A DNA stretch of 64,000 nt from Lama guanicoe. Taxonomy: Eukaryota. Below, piece after piece: positions 36,336-48,409 of the stretch. The notes under the pieces are model-generated. The model saw nothing but the letters and a program-made list of their open reading frames with translations, was not told the DNA's origin and did not search any database. The stretch lies in the NCBI GenBank assembly GCA_013239625.1, contig MU057344.1, positions 1,428,276 to 1,492,275 on the forward strand. Direction: 5' to 3'. The translations under genes were made by a program, and so were the position numbers. The number at the start of each line of letters is the position of its first letter. The first letter of the stretch is position 1.

Positions 36336-39300
36336 CATGAACCAGACTGCGGTTTCAGGCCTGGGCGGTTTAGGGGACTGAGGCCTCAGAGAGGGTGAAG
36401 AGGACCCTCATTCAGGGGGCTGTCACCGGGTCTCCGTGGCCCCACAGGCCTGTAGACAGGGCAAGAAGAGACGGAGGCTGGGACAGTGAGTCCGAATGCT
36501 CCTCGTGGGCTCCCACAGGAGCGAGGGAGGGTCTTGGCATCTGCCTGGCCATGGTATGGGCTTCCTCCTCCCTCCTGGGACCCTGGGGTGTCGGGGTCCC
36601 TTCCCTCTTGGGTGCGGCAGGCAGGGGCCTCCAAAGCTTGGGCAAGATGGGCTGGATCTGGTGTCATGCAGACCCAGGGGCAGGGCGCAGGGTCTTCTCT
36701 GGCCCTTTCAAAGGGACATTCGATCTGAACCCTGGGGCTCAGTAAGGAGACTCCTGCGAACCCCACGCTGATGGAGTCAAAGACACTCAGCCGCTGGAGA
36801 GAGCACTTTGCAACGTCGGGCTCTGGCATGAGGCCCTTTGTGGGATTATCTGCCCCCCTGGGAGGCGTGGAATGCTGGGGGCGAGGGGCCACGGCAATAT
36901 AGAGCTCACACAGGCCGTTGATAAAGCGGGCTGCTTTCTGTGGCCGTTCTGTCGCCGAAATTTGAGGTGCAGCCCCATAGTGGAGGCCACTGGCCCAGGA
37001 CATCTGAGCCAGGGAGGACCGTCCGCTCTGCCCTCGCCCTGGAGAATTTGAGTCCAGGCCGCGTCTGCCGGCGTCTACCCGGGGCTCCTGCCCACTTCAA
37101 AAAACAGTGTGGGGAGACGGGCAGCACCTTACACCCCAGACTGGGCATTCTTGGCCTCCCCGGGGATCACAGCGCGGGGCCGGCGGGGCCGCAGCCGTTG
37201 AGGGGGGGCTGGCGGGAGGGGCCCCTCTGGGCTGACAGCTCCCGGCGTCTGGTTGTGGGCTGCAGCTGGGAAGCCTGCGGCCCGGGGCGGAGGCACCTGG
37301 CGCACATCCTGCTGCAGGCGCTGGCTGGGCTTTGCGATGCTTGGGGTTTGTCTCCACCAAATGTCCAGCCCCTTTTTACTCCCTGTTTGTCCCCGAATCA
37401 TTCCTGACTTTGTCTGTGGAAGAGGGCATGTCCGGCTGCTCTGGGTCTGGTGTCCGGGACCCACTCCTGACTCTAGAGTGTAGGTCCAGGTGGCCTCTGA
37501 GCACAAACCCACCCTTGGGCAGGCGGCACCGCAGCCTTGAGGACGCACGGGATGTCCTCCTGGCCGGACGCTGGGGGTGCTCTCAAGCTGCAGCGGCGTG
37601 GGGTTTCTGCCTCACTGGGTGGCGATCAGCCTGCAGCCCAAGGATGAACTTCGTCCTGCTACCGGGCGGGACTGGGAGGACCACAGACGTGTCAGCTTCA
37701 ACGTGCCGAATGCGGCTGCAGTGTGCCCTGGGATGGCGGACGGAGAGAGGAACTGACCAGGGCGGGAGCTGGCCGGCTCCCTCCAGACTCTCGATCCAGT
37801 GGAGCGATGGCGCTGTTGGCAGGTGGGCAGCGTAGGCTGGGGGCTCACACAGACCCCTGCGGAGTCCCGCACCCACCTCCCACAAGCGATGACCCTGGCT
37901 GCGAAGCGTCCCTGGGCCCAGCACTCCCATCTGCAGACGGGGGTGCGTTGCTTCTGAGGCTGTGGTTGGACCTAGAGCTGGCTGGCCTGTCCCTCCCAGA
38001 AACCGGCATCCAGCTCCTGTGCAAGCTCGCCTCCTGGAGCCCCGGCGGGGGTCATGGCGGGCCTTCTCTGGGCGCCTGTGGGGACCCCAGGTGGGCACAG
38101 GCCCTGAGGGCCGGCGCTCCATACGCACGGTGACCGACGGCCAGGCTGTGTGTCTCTGGAGCTCTGAGGCCTTCTGCACCTGACCACAGCCCCGCTGGTC
38201 TGGGCACGGAGCTAGTACCTCCCTTTAGACTGATTCAAGGGGGCCTTAGACGTGTCCACAGGCACCGCCGGAGGTTGTGGTGGCCCGGGGTGGCAGGGGA
38301 GCTGTCTGTCATTTGTCCCTCTGTCATTTGTGCTCGTCCTTCTCCTAGGGAGGAGGACAGACTGGGAAACTGAAGCGTGCTCAGGGAACCTCGTGCCCGC
38401 GGGAGTCTTTATGAACTGTAAGGCACTTACCCAGCGAGCTCCACGTGCAGGGTCTCCCCACCAGGGCGGCCAGCCTGGGCCACGGGGTCACTGTGTCTGA
38501 CCCCTAGGCTGGACTGAGGGCATCCCTCACCTCCCGTCCAGGGCTGAAGGCGCTGACACTCCCAGCGTGTCGGGGGTGGCTTCCCCATGGCCGAGGCTGC
38601 CTCGCGAGGAGCTGTCTCCCCCACCCCTGCCCCGCACACCCTCAGAGCAGAGACACTTCCCGCCCAGAATGTTGGCCGGGCTCCCAGCCCCCGGCCCGCT
38701 GCCTGACCTCCCGCCCTGGGCTGCATTTTCATCTGGACACGCTGGTCGTGTTTAGAAGCAGGAGAGCCAAGAGAACCCGTGAGCTCTGGGCCCCAGAGCC
38801 TGGGCCGTACTGACCCCCACCTGGGGCCGAACCCTGGGCCCAGCCTCGCCGCCCTCTCCTGCAGCCTTTGGGGTGGGGACGTTACGGCTTTGGGAGCTAA
38901 TGGAGGATCCTTGGCGTCCTCTGGCAGTGCTTGCTGTATTTAGTTATTTATTTTTATGAAGTTTGCTGTTAATTGGGCAAAAGAGCTGCAGAGAAGTGCT
39001 CGTGCTTGGAGGTTCCCGTGAGCCTCCTGAAATTTCCAGTAGTGAAGCAGTTAAGTGATGGGACTCTGCAGTCTAAACGCGGTCTTGTTCGCCGCCCACG
39101 GGAGTGGGGGCGGGAGGGTGGGGAGCAAAGGAAGAGACGGCAGAGTCCAGTGGTGGTCACTCTCGGGCCAGCACCACGTGTTTGCAGTTAGAACTGGACC
39201 CTGGCCCGTGGAGGTCCTGCCCCGGCCCACCCCCTCCTTGGAAGGGCCTGCTCCTTTGGAGGTGAAGGGTAAGGTCAGGTTTGCTTCTTAAAGGAGCCAC

Positions 39301-42300
39301 CCCGCGTTGGCCAACCTGTCTATGGGAGCTGGGGGCCCGAGGGCACGTGTCTTTTTCTTTCCCAGAAGACGGAGGGGAGGGGGCTTCCCACCCGCGCAGC
39401 CCGTCCGCAGCAGGAGACCCACGTTGGGGCCAGAGAAGCCGGGGTGTGGGAGCGTCCCCGGGCTTCCTGGTCTGGGTCAGGGTGCCACTCACCGGGCCTG
39501 GGGGCCGCGGCGAGGAACTGCCGTCCGCATCGGGGTCAGGCCAAGGGTCCTTCCTCGCGCTTGGCAGGCGACTCAACCCCAAATGAGGAAACTCTCGCTC
39601 CTCCGGTTGGGGGGGGGGATGCTGAGATCACCGGAGGAGAAGTAAACCACCTTCGACTTCACATTTCTTTGCAAATAAACTCGCAGCCAGGAACGCCCTG
39701 CGCCCCGTCCCCTCAGACGGCACAAGCCCGGCCTCTCCAGGCCGCCCGTGCAGGGGCAGCGGTCCTGCTGGAATCACTTTTCTCAAAAACCGTTTCTTGG
39801 TTGTGTGACGTTGCCCGTGGTTTTCAGCATTACTCTTTTTTTTTTTTTTTAAATAACAACCTTGAGATGCCTTTACACGAATCCCTGGTTGTTGACAAAT
39901 CAGTTTTCCGGGGAGGGAGGCGCGTCTCCGTCGGTGGCACTGGGGGCCAGCCTCCTGCTTGTGGGTGAGCAAAGACTGCACGGAACTTCTCGGGAGCTGC
40001 TCCCTCGGCCCCTCCTCCAGGTGGCGGGCTCTTTGGCCTTCGCGCTTCCTTCTTTTTGCTCCCCTCCTTCCGCTTTCTAATGTTGTTTCTCTCACCTTCT
40101 GAGGCCCGCCGGCCGCGCAGCGGGCTGCACGAGGCCTGCGCTTCTGACGGCGCCGCCTGTTTCACACGTTCCCTCGGCCGCCCCGGCCGTTCGACCCCAG
40201 CCGCTGCTCTTGGGGCAGCGTGAACACACGGGGATTCTGTTTGGCTGAGGAAACCCCTCGCGGAGGAGACGGGAGGCCGGGCTCCTTCTGGAGTCTCTGC
40301 TGCAGAAATCAGGGAGCGAGGGGCCTGAGCCAGTGAGGACCATCCAGAAACCAACACCACCCCCGCCCCAGACGCCCCCCACGCTCCCTGCGCCCACGCC
40401 CTCACGTCCCTGCCCCTCTTGGTGGGTGCCTCTTCCTCTGGTGAGACTGGATGTGGGGGTCTTTGCCTGGAGGCTGTGGTCAGCGGTGCCTGAATGCCGG
40501 CTTCCAAGCCCCAGGCAGGTGCCCCCCCCGCCCCAGACGCCTCCTGCCTTTTCCCATTGGTGTGAGATCCTTTCCTAGAAGCCCAGTCCCGCTCCAGAAG
40601 GACTAGGGACCCCTCTCCCCATATGTGCCTGGAAGACACAGGTGTCTCGAGGGCTGCATGGCATGTGGCCACTCGTCACCTCACCTGTCCCCCCCCACCG
40701 TGGGGGTCTGTGGCCTGAGGGAGTTAGGCAGGTGTGGCCTCGCCGTGGATGGATGGAGGTGGCACCCTACCAGCACGGCTCCCGCCCAGGGAAGATGTGC
40801 GTGGACCCTCTAGCTCTCTGCACCCTCGCTGCCTGCACCGTGGTACCCAGCCAGGAGCCCACCCGAGCATTGCCGTCTGAAAGGTGTGGGCCCTGGGCCT
40901 CCCCTATCCAGAGCTGGGTTCCTGCGCATCAAAGCCGCCTCCCCTCGGGCCACGTTCTCCACGGAGCCAGCCAGAGAGGAACCCATCCACCCACTTGGAG
41001 CTGGAGAGGGTGTGCCGGCCTCGTGGATGGCGTGGGAGGCGATGGGAAGCCCTCTGAGCGCGGTGGCTGCCTGTGCTGCTGTTCAGGAGAAACAAGACGT
41101 CCCCAGGCCATCAAATGCATCCGGCTCCAGCAGCCTTTTTACAAGATGGAGTTTCCTCATCGGAGCAGAAGGGCCCGCCGGGCGCAGGCGCAGGCCCAGG
41201 CCCAGACACTGTGTGTTGGGGCAGCCACCGCTGCAGAGAAAATGCAAGGAAGCGTCGCATCCGGGACTTGCAAACTCCCCCTTCTGGGGTGCCTCCTCCA
41301 GGCCCAGCCAACCCCGACATGTTCACCCCGAGGCCCTGGCCTGCTCCCCGTGGGTGCTTCTTCGGATTTCATGCAGATAAGAACACGTGATTGTTGGCTT
41401 TGCCACACCAGCCCGTCACCTGGCCAGCTTCTCGGTGACTGGGACCCGGGCTCGCAGCCCCTCCACTTGTCCTCCCAGCCGTCATCATTTGTTCAGTGAC
41501 AACGGAAGCCCCTTCTGCCGCTCCGGGTTCTAGGAAGCTCTCCTGCCCTTGCTTGTGGTCTAGGCGGGCAAGTGAGATGGAAGCGTCCCCCAGATCACAG
41601 CCGGGGGTCAGGGACGCACTGGCTGCCCCTGCACGAGGCAGGCAGTCAGGGCCCAGGCCGGGACTGGCCGGCCTGGGCTCACGTCCGGCTCCTCCACCTC
41701 TCAGTGACCCTCCAGGCACGGTGTCCTCAGTCCTCCAGTGGGGGTGTTATGGGCCCCAGCCCTCTTGGTCCCGGAGGGGATTAGGGGGAGGCTGTGGATG
41801 AGCTCACTGGCATCCAGGAAGCAGCCCAGAGACGTCACTGTATGGAGGGGACGTCGGGGCAGCCAGGCAGGCTAGGGTGACACCAGGGGTGGCAGCCACT
41901 GCATTCCCAGGAGCTGCCTGTCTGCTCAGGATGGAGTCCAGCTGGGAGACACCACACGCGCCGCCAGGCTTCCTGGAGCTCCTCTGAGCCTGTCCAGAGT
42001 CGCTGACCCTGTCCCAGAGGCGGGTGCCCGGCTGCCCGGGGCGGCCCACATAACAGTGGAGGCTCCTCCGGAGTCAGGGGGCCATTTTGCTCAAGGAAGC
42101 TGGGCTGGGCGCTTGTCCCCATGGAGGGCAGGCCAGGTGCGCACACTGCGGGGGCTTCTCGTGGCCATGGAACCCACCTTGGGCTGTGCCACAGGGCAGG
42201 CTCGGGCGACCCCCAGCTTGGGGGCACCCTGGCCATGGCCCGGCTGCTCCCCAGTCCCTTTGATGCAAACTGCAGCCTCCCTTCAGAACTCCACCACCTC

Positions 42301-43298
42301 CCACCTTTGACCTCTGCTGAGGCACCTCAGTCTCAAGTAAAAACGTCTCCTGCTGCACCATCGTCCCCCAGGAGCAAGCAGGGCATCTGACCCTGGTCTC
42401 CTGAAGCAGCAGTGACACTCCTCTGGATGCGGGGGATGGGAGGTGAGCGAGACCCCCGGGCTGAAGGCAGAGCCTTCGGGACCAACCCCCCAGGCTCCCA
42501 GGGTTGGGGGCCCCTCCCTCTGCTCAGAGCCCTGTGTGGGGTCTGACGGGAGCCTGACCCTGGTCAAGGCAGCTTCCCAGGCTCCTCCAAGGCTCCCAGA
42601 CTTGGGCCCTGGGGCAGACTCATGCCCTGTCGGCAGGCATGGCCTCGTCTTGTCCACAGATGCCCCGCAGAGTGAGAGCGAGGCCTCCTCGTGACCGCAT
42701 GACAAGACTTGCTCCCTGACCGACGTCTGCTCTGCCCCAGGGCTCCGGTCAGGACTGGGGTCTTGGCTTTAAAGGCCCTGACCTGCGTGGTCACCTGACG
42801 GCTGAGCCATACAGGCCCCCGCCCCCTCGAGGGGTGGATGGAGACTGAGGCCCTGGGAGAGGACGTGGGAGGAGACTCACCTGTGGATGTGACAGCGCTG
42901 GACTGCACATGGGAAATGGGACCACGATGCCAAGACGCTAGCTTCGTCCCCACCTGCCTGGTCTCCTCCAGGAGCCAGAGGAGTTGGACTTCCCAGAAAT
43001 GCTCAGATCCGCATGGGAGTCAGTGAGAAAGGCTAGAGCTGTGAGTATGGCCCTACAGACTTCCGCTCGTCTGCCCGCCAGACCCCGGGCCGAGTCTTCC
43101 TGTGAGAAAGCCAACCATCCCTGTGTGCAGGGGCCTGGCAAGGGGCTGAGGGGCACAGCGGCCCACAGGGAGGTGGCCCTAGGAGGCCCCTGGGCCAGGA
43201 CTGCAGCTGACCACGAGCAGGTACCCATCCTGGATTCCTTCTGGCTCCACCAGGACACCCCGTAGCCCCAGAAGGAGGGGCGACAGTGTCATTAGTAT

Positions 43299-43379
43299 CA
43301 TCCCGGCTGTAGACACGTGGGCTGTGGCCCCTTCCGCAGACACACGAACTGTCGTCCCTGCTGTAGACACAGAGCAGGA
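43299..43379. repeat. 27-bp minisatellite, 3 diverged copies
   Basis: 'agacac' recurs at 43311, 43338 and 43365. Copies 1 and 3 share tccc.gctgtagacac. Confidence 0.75.
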
Positions 43380-46300
43380 GCTCAGGGCCCGGCCGCCTGC
43401 TTTCAGTGGTCACAGGTGTGTCGAGTGGCCACTACGTGCCACTGCTGTGTGAGCCTCCAAGTCATAGCTGAGAACAAGGCTGGAGAGTAAGAGCCAGTCC
43501 TCGGGGATGCGCCTTCCGAGGCCCTGACAAGTTGTCCAAAGTGCGACAGCTCAGATGTGAGAACCGCCAAGAAGCTCACAGGGCGATGAGGAGGGGCCGG
43601 GTGGGGAGAGCCGCTTTCGGCAGGTGGTCTGGGAAGCCCTCCTGAGGAGGGGACGGAGGCCCCAACGTAAAGGACCAGATGGAACCAGCCCCCAGACGAG
43701 CACCGCCGCGCTGGTGCCCCCAGCCCCCGTGGCAGAGCTGCGTGTGCGGGCATTCCCCCTGCAGACGAGGGCCCCAGGCCCAGGGGCCGTGCTGATGGTA
43801 GGTTCAACCCTCCATCCTGTGGCCCTGGAGCTGGGCCCAGGCCCTAAGGGGGACAGGGTGAGGTGGCCCAGCGGAGACGGTGGGTGTGGGGCCCCCGGAG
43901 TGAACCCCGAGGCAGGGGGCACTGTGTGCAGACCCAGGAATGAACGCGCCCACCTGTCCCACCGCACGGCTCCCTGACATGCACACCACACCCTGCTGCC
44001 CCCAGCTGACCACCAGCACCACGGGGCGTGATGCGTCCGGTGAGGCGGGGTTTGCGGGCCTGAACCAGGCGGTCTGGGGGCTTCGGTCGGAGCTCTTCCA
44101 TTTCTGTGGTAAAATGTGCCGTTTAGCTTAAAAAAGCCTGAGGCTCACCACCTACGATCAGTGAGTGGGAACTAGAGATCGAGTCGGGATGGCTGGGCCT
44201 CCCGCTCGGGGCTTCTGTGGGTGGTTCTGGATGAGTCCAGAATTGGGTGCCACTGGGTGCAGGGCCCTCCTCCCTCGCCAGCCAGGCAGCCCCGCCTGGG
44301 CTCTGTGCCGCCAGGTGGGGGTGGATGCATTCCAGGGTCTCATGGCTGCTCCTGGGCTGGGAATGAGGCTGGGGGCGGTGGGGGGGCTCCTGTCCACTTA
44401 TCACGAGGGGGCCATGACGTCTCAAGGCAGAACTTTTAAAACCCAGGGAAGATGGGGAAGGCGGCAGCCGCCTGCGAGCTGAGTGACGCGGCAGGCGCGG
44501 CCAAGTGGGTGTTTTTGGACCCTTTGGAGGAATTTTCCCACCTCTGGAAACGACTGCCGGGCTCTGTGATGGCCCAGAACCCTCAGTGAGCCACGGCTGA
44601 GAGCCTCGTCGGCACCTCCCCTGGTGACTGCTCCTCCTGCCCCGGCTGGGGAAGGCGGGTGCTCGCCCACCCACAGTCCCCTGCAGGGGCCAGGCCAGGC
44701 GGCTGTCAGAGGCAGACAGCGTTGGGCAGGTGTCAGCTCCTGCCCGGACCATTCAGAGTAAAGGCCAGTGTCGACGGCTCCAGAGCCCAGGGAAGGATGG
44801 GGGATGCTCGGGGCGGGGGATTGGGCTGGGGAGGCAGGTCTATGCACCCCCAACCTGCCTAAGCAGGTGGGTCAAGGAAGGAATTCTTGGTAAATTTCCC
44901 CGAGCGCCAAGAAATTTTCAAAGTCACCACAGAGTGTGGACTTCTGTGATTCTGTGGTCAGGCTGCTGTGTTCCAGGAAGTGCCGAACAGAAGTGGCGAC
45001 TCTGGCCAGGGACCTTGGTCTGGGGAAAGGCAGTGGCCACAGCCAGTGTGGTCTGTGGCTGCTGGTGACCTAGAAACCAATGTCTGAGTGTGCTCAGGGC
45101 AGGAGGAGCTCCCGGCGCCAGGAGCAGGAGCCTTGGGTGGGGCAGTGGGACACTGAGCGGGGGCCTCGAACTGGGGGGTGCAGAGCCGTGCACACGTGAG
45201 GTTCTCTGCCTGCCTTTCCGCCTCCCCTTGGCTTCTAAGCATCTCTAGGATGGCTGTGGAATTTTCAGAATGGACTGACTTAAACACAACTCCACGTGAA
45301 ATAAATGGGGGATTCTCCACCCCCACCCGGTCTCAGAGTCCGTCGCTCAGAGGGCAGCACCAGCCCAGAAGACAGCACGGCTCAGCCCCTCGCAGGCTCG
45401 GCACCGGGGCCCGGACCCTGCAGACAGCGGCTGTCGCCTCCACGGGGCCTGGCCAGCAGTGAAGGGGAGGTGACTCCCCTGCTGGAGCTGCTCACTTATG
45501 GGAGTGAACAGAGTGGTTCAGTGGGGAACGCTGCACCCCTGCAGTCGGTGGATGGAGGAATGGCGCACCTCCCAGACACGGCTGGGCCCTCCTGCCCATC
45601 CCTCCCAAAGCCGACGGGGACCCTGGAGGACGCTTCCGTGCGGGCGCCGTCACCGTGGGGACTCCAGGCCACGTGCCTGCCCACCCCCGGGAGAACCCCA
45701 CGGGCCAGGAAGGGAGCAGGGGCCGCGTGGGCCAGGCCGGGGCCTCCCTCCTGCTCTCGCCTTGGGGGGGGCGGCGTTACGGGGGAACAGAGCTCCTGGT
45801 GCCCAGAGAAACATGGCGGCTGAATGGGGAATTTCCTGTGTTGGGTGAGACAAAGCCAGGTGGGAGGAAGCCTGGGGGCTGGGGTCTCTGGGTCCCCTCG
45901 GCCTCTCCAGGCCCCTCCCTCATGCCCACCAGGCACAAATGGCTGGTCCCCTCTCCAGCCCGGGGAAGTGAGGACCCCAGAGGTCCTCAGATGTCATTCT
46001 TACTGGGCACTGGCCGGGGTGCTGGGAGCAGTGCTGGCAGGCAGTCAGGGGTCTCCCACTGCCCCGTCTGCCTGCTTGTGGTTAGAAGGTCCAGCTGCCC
46101 TGCAGGGGAGTCAGTGTGGCCTGAACACCCGAGGGCTGACTGCTCAGGAAAACCTGGGCTCACCCTCTGAGGTTTGCAGGGAAGGCAGGTAAATACATCT
46201 AGAATTAGGTGTGTTTTCCATAGTTCGGGGTACGGCTTTAGCGGGCCTGGGCTCACAGGGCTGGGGGGCGCCAGCCTTCCTCAGCTACAGCGTCCCCCGC

Positions 46301-48089
46301 AGAGCAGAGCACGTGCCCCTGAGATCCGCCCACTGCCCCGGGGAGGTGGGATGCAGAGGGGACTCCGGAGTCCAGGGAATAAAGCCGGAAAATGAAGAGA
46401 GGCCACGAGGCCGGGCAGTGAGGGGTGGGCAGGGAGGCCGGGGCTCCTGTTCCACCTGGGGCCTCCACAGACACAGCGTCTCATGAGTGAGAGGACAGGG
46501 TTGGCTCGGATGGCCGCTGCGGCCGCGTCTGCTGCCAACGGGCCAGGTTCCAGGTCAGCAGGTGCATTTTGGGGAAAGCCTGGCCCCAGCCTCCTCGTCC
46601 AGGCAGCTCTGGGGGCCCCTGTGCCCCCTGGAGACGGGGCTGCCCTGGAGGTCCTGTGGGCAGCCTGGGCAGGGGCGGGAAAGCAGGGCTGCAGTGGGCG
46701 GAGGAGCCTTGAAGGGGTGGATTCGCCACTTGGGGTGTCCCAGGGCCAGGGGTCCTGGGGTGCCTGGCTGGGGGCTGCCTCACACTGCTCCCCGCTCCAC
46801 AGCCGTTCATGGTTTAAGATGGAAGGGCCCTTCACCCTGGCAGGGAGAACGTGCTGACAAGCGTGAAGTGTCAGGATGGAACACAGGTCAGGGGGCAGCC
46901 ACCCTCCCTCCCCTATTTTGCTTTTCAGACGCTCAGCAACGTCTGTCCCCGGTTGGGCCCACCTCCCTGTGAAGCCCCAGGAACCTGCCCTCCCTCCCGG
47001 CCTGGACTGGGGTGGCCTGCTCTGCTCTGGAACCTGTCCATTTTGGGTGTGCGGTGGGCCGGCCTTATAGCACCCCGGACCAGGTGCCCCGAGTCCCCCC
47101 GGAGGGAAAGGGCCCTCCCTCCTCCTCCATCCTTCACCAGCCCTGCCCTCCCGCTCCGCGTGGGGGTCCCTTGCTGGTCCTCCTCTCCCGTTGCTCCAGC
47201 CTCAGGCCCCTTCTAGCGTCTCCTGCCCAGGTTGCTGCTCTGAGCCCCCGTCTGCTGTCCCTGGTCAGGTCTGACCATCAGTTGGGAAGGAATGAGGTCA
47301 TTGGAGAAGGGGGAGCTGGGGACATGTGCTTAGAAAGGAGAGGGTCTGTTTTTAGAACCCACACCTTGCGGCAGAGGTGAGAGCCGCTCACCACGCCTGC
47401 GCGTCCCCGCTGGGCCGGCCTCTTCCTCTTTCGCCCGCCCGGGCATCTTCCCGGCCGCCCAGGCCTCCTCAGTCCCGTCTTCACACTGACAGCGTCGTGG
47501 AGCCTGGACGGCAGGGCCACCCTTCTGCTCCTGGACAAGGAAGGGGGTCCGGGCTTGGGGCTGGCGAGCCTCGGAAGCTTCCGGAGCAGGCTGCTTGGCG
47601 TCCGAGCGGGGGAGGACGGTGAGTAGGCGGAGAGGTGGGCGTGCGGCAGGGCGCTGGTCTTCCTCAGTCTCCCCAGGGCCCCTGCCTGTCACCCGGGGGG
47701 TGGCCACCGTCATCTCCAGGATCGGTGGGTCGTTTGCTGCTTGTTTGGGGCCACATGTTAAAAGGGTGCCTGGCCATTCTCCCCTTTTGTGCTCCTCCCG
47801 CCGGTCGCACCTTCGTGGCATCCTTCAGACTCTCCCCGGGAGAGAGGCCCTCCCACCGGTACCTTCCAAAGGCCCGTGTGCTGTGTGCCCACCTGCGGGG
47901 GCCTGGAGTGCGTGTCCTCGGGGACCATGAGGCCAGGGCTGGGGCCAGTGGCGCTGCTGCTGCCTGCTTCCCGGGTGAGGACGGAGCAGCTCAGAGAAGC
48001 CGCCGGCATCGCCGATGTGGGGAGAGAGGTCAAGGGCAGGGTGTCGGAGCCTCTAGTTGGGCTAAAGGAGAGGGCTTGGCTTGGCTGGA

Positions 48090-48195
48090 AGAGCTCTGGG
48101 TTCTGACGCATCCGCCATGGGCTGTGTGATCTTGAGCGAATTTCCTGACCTCTCAGGTCTACTTCCGTGTCTATAGGGTGGGTGTGAGGATGCTC
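48090..48195 (+). mobile_element. MIR fragment
   Basis: 'ctgggttctg...gctgtgtgatcttgagcgaatttcctgacctctc'. Confidence 0.65.
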
Positions 48196-48281
48196 GCTGG
48201 GCAGGGTGGCTGAGAGCAGCCGGGCTCCACCAGGCCCTGGAGCGCCGTCCTCCAGCCTCATGACAATAATAAAGTTGCGGC

Positions 48282-48409
48282 GAGCAGGATACAGCTCGTG
48301 GCGGAGTGCATGCGCAAGGTCCTGGGTTCAATCCCCAGTACCTCCTCTTCAATAAGTAAGTAAGTAATTAAGTAAGTAAACCTCGTCACCGCCCCTCCGC
48401 CCATGCCAG
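48282..48409 (+). mobile_element. tRNA-derived SINE (Vic-1 type) with target-site duplication
   Basis: 'aggtcctgggttcaatccccagtacctcc' B-box segment and a (TAAG)n tract. Flanking direct repeats aaagttgcggc (48271-48281) and aaagtcgcggc (48410-48420). Confidence 0.88.
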
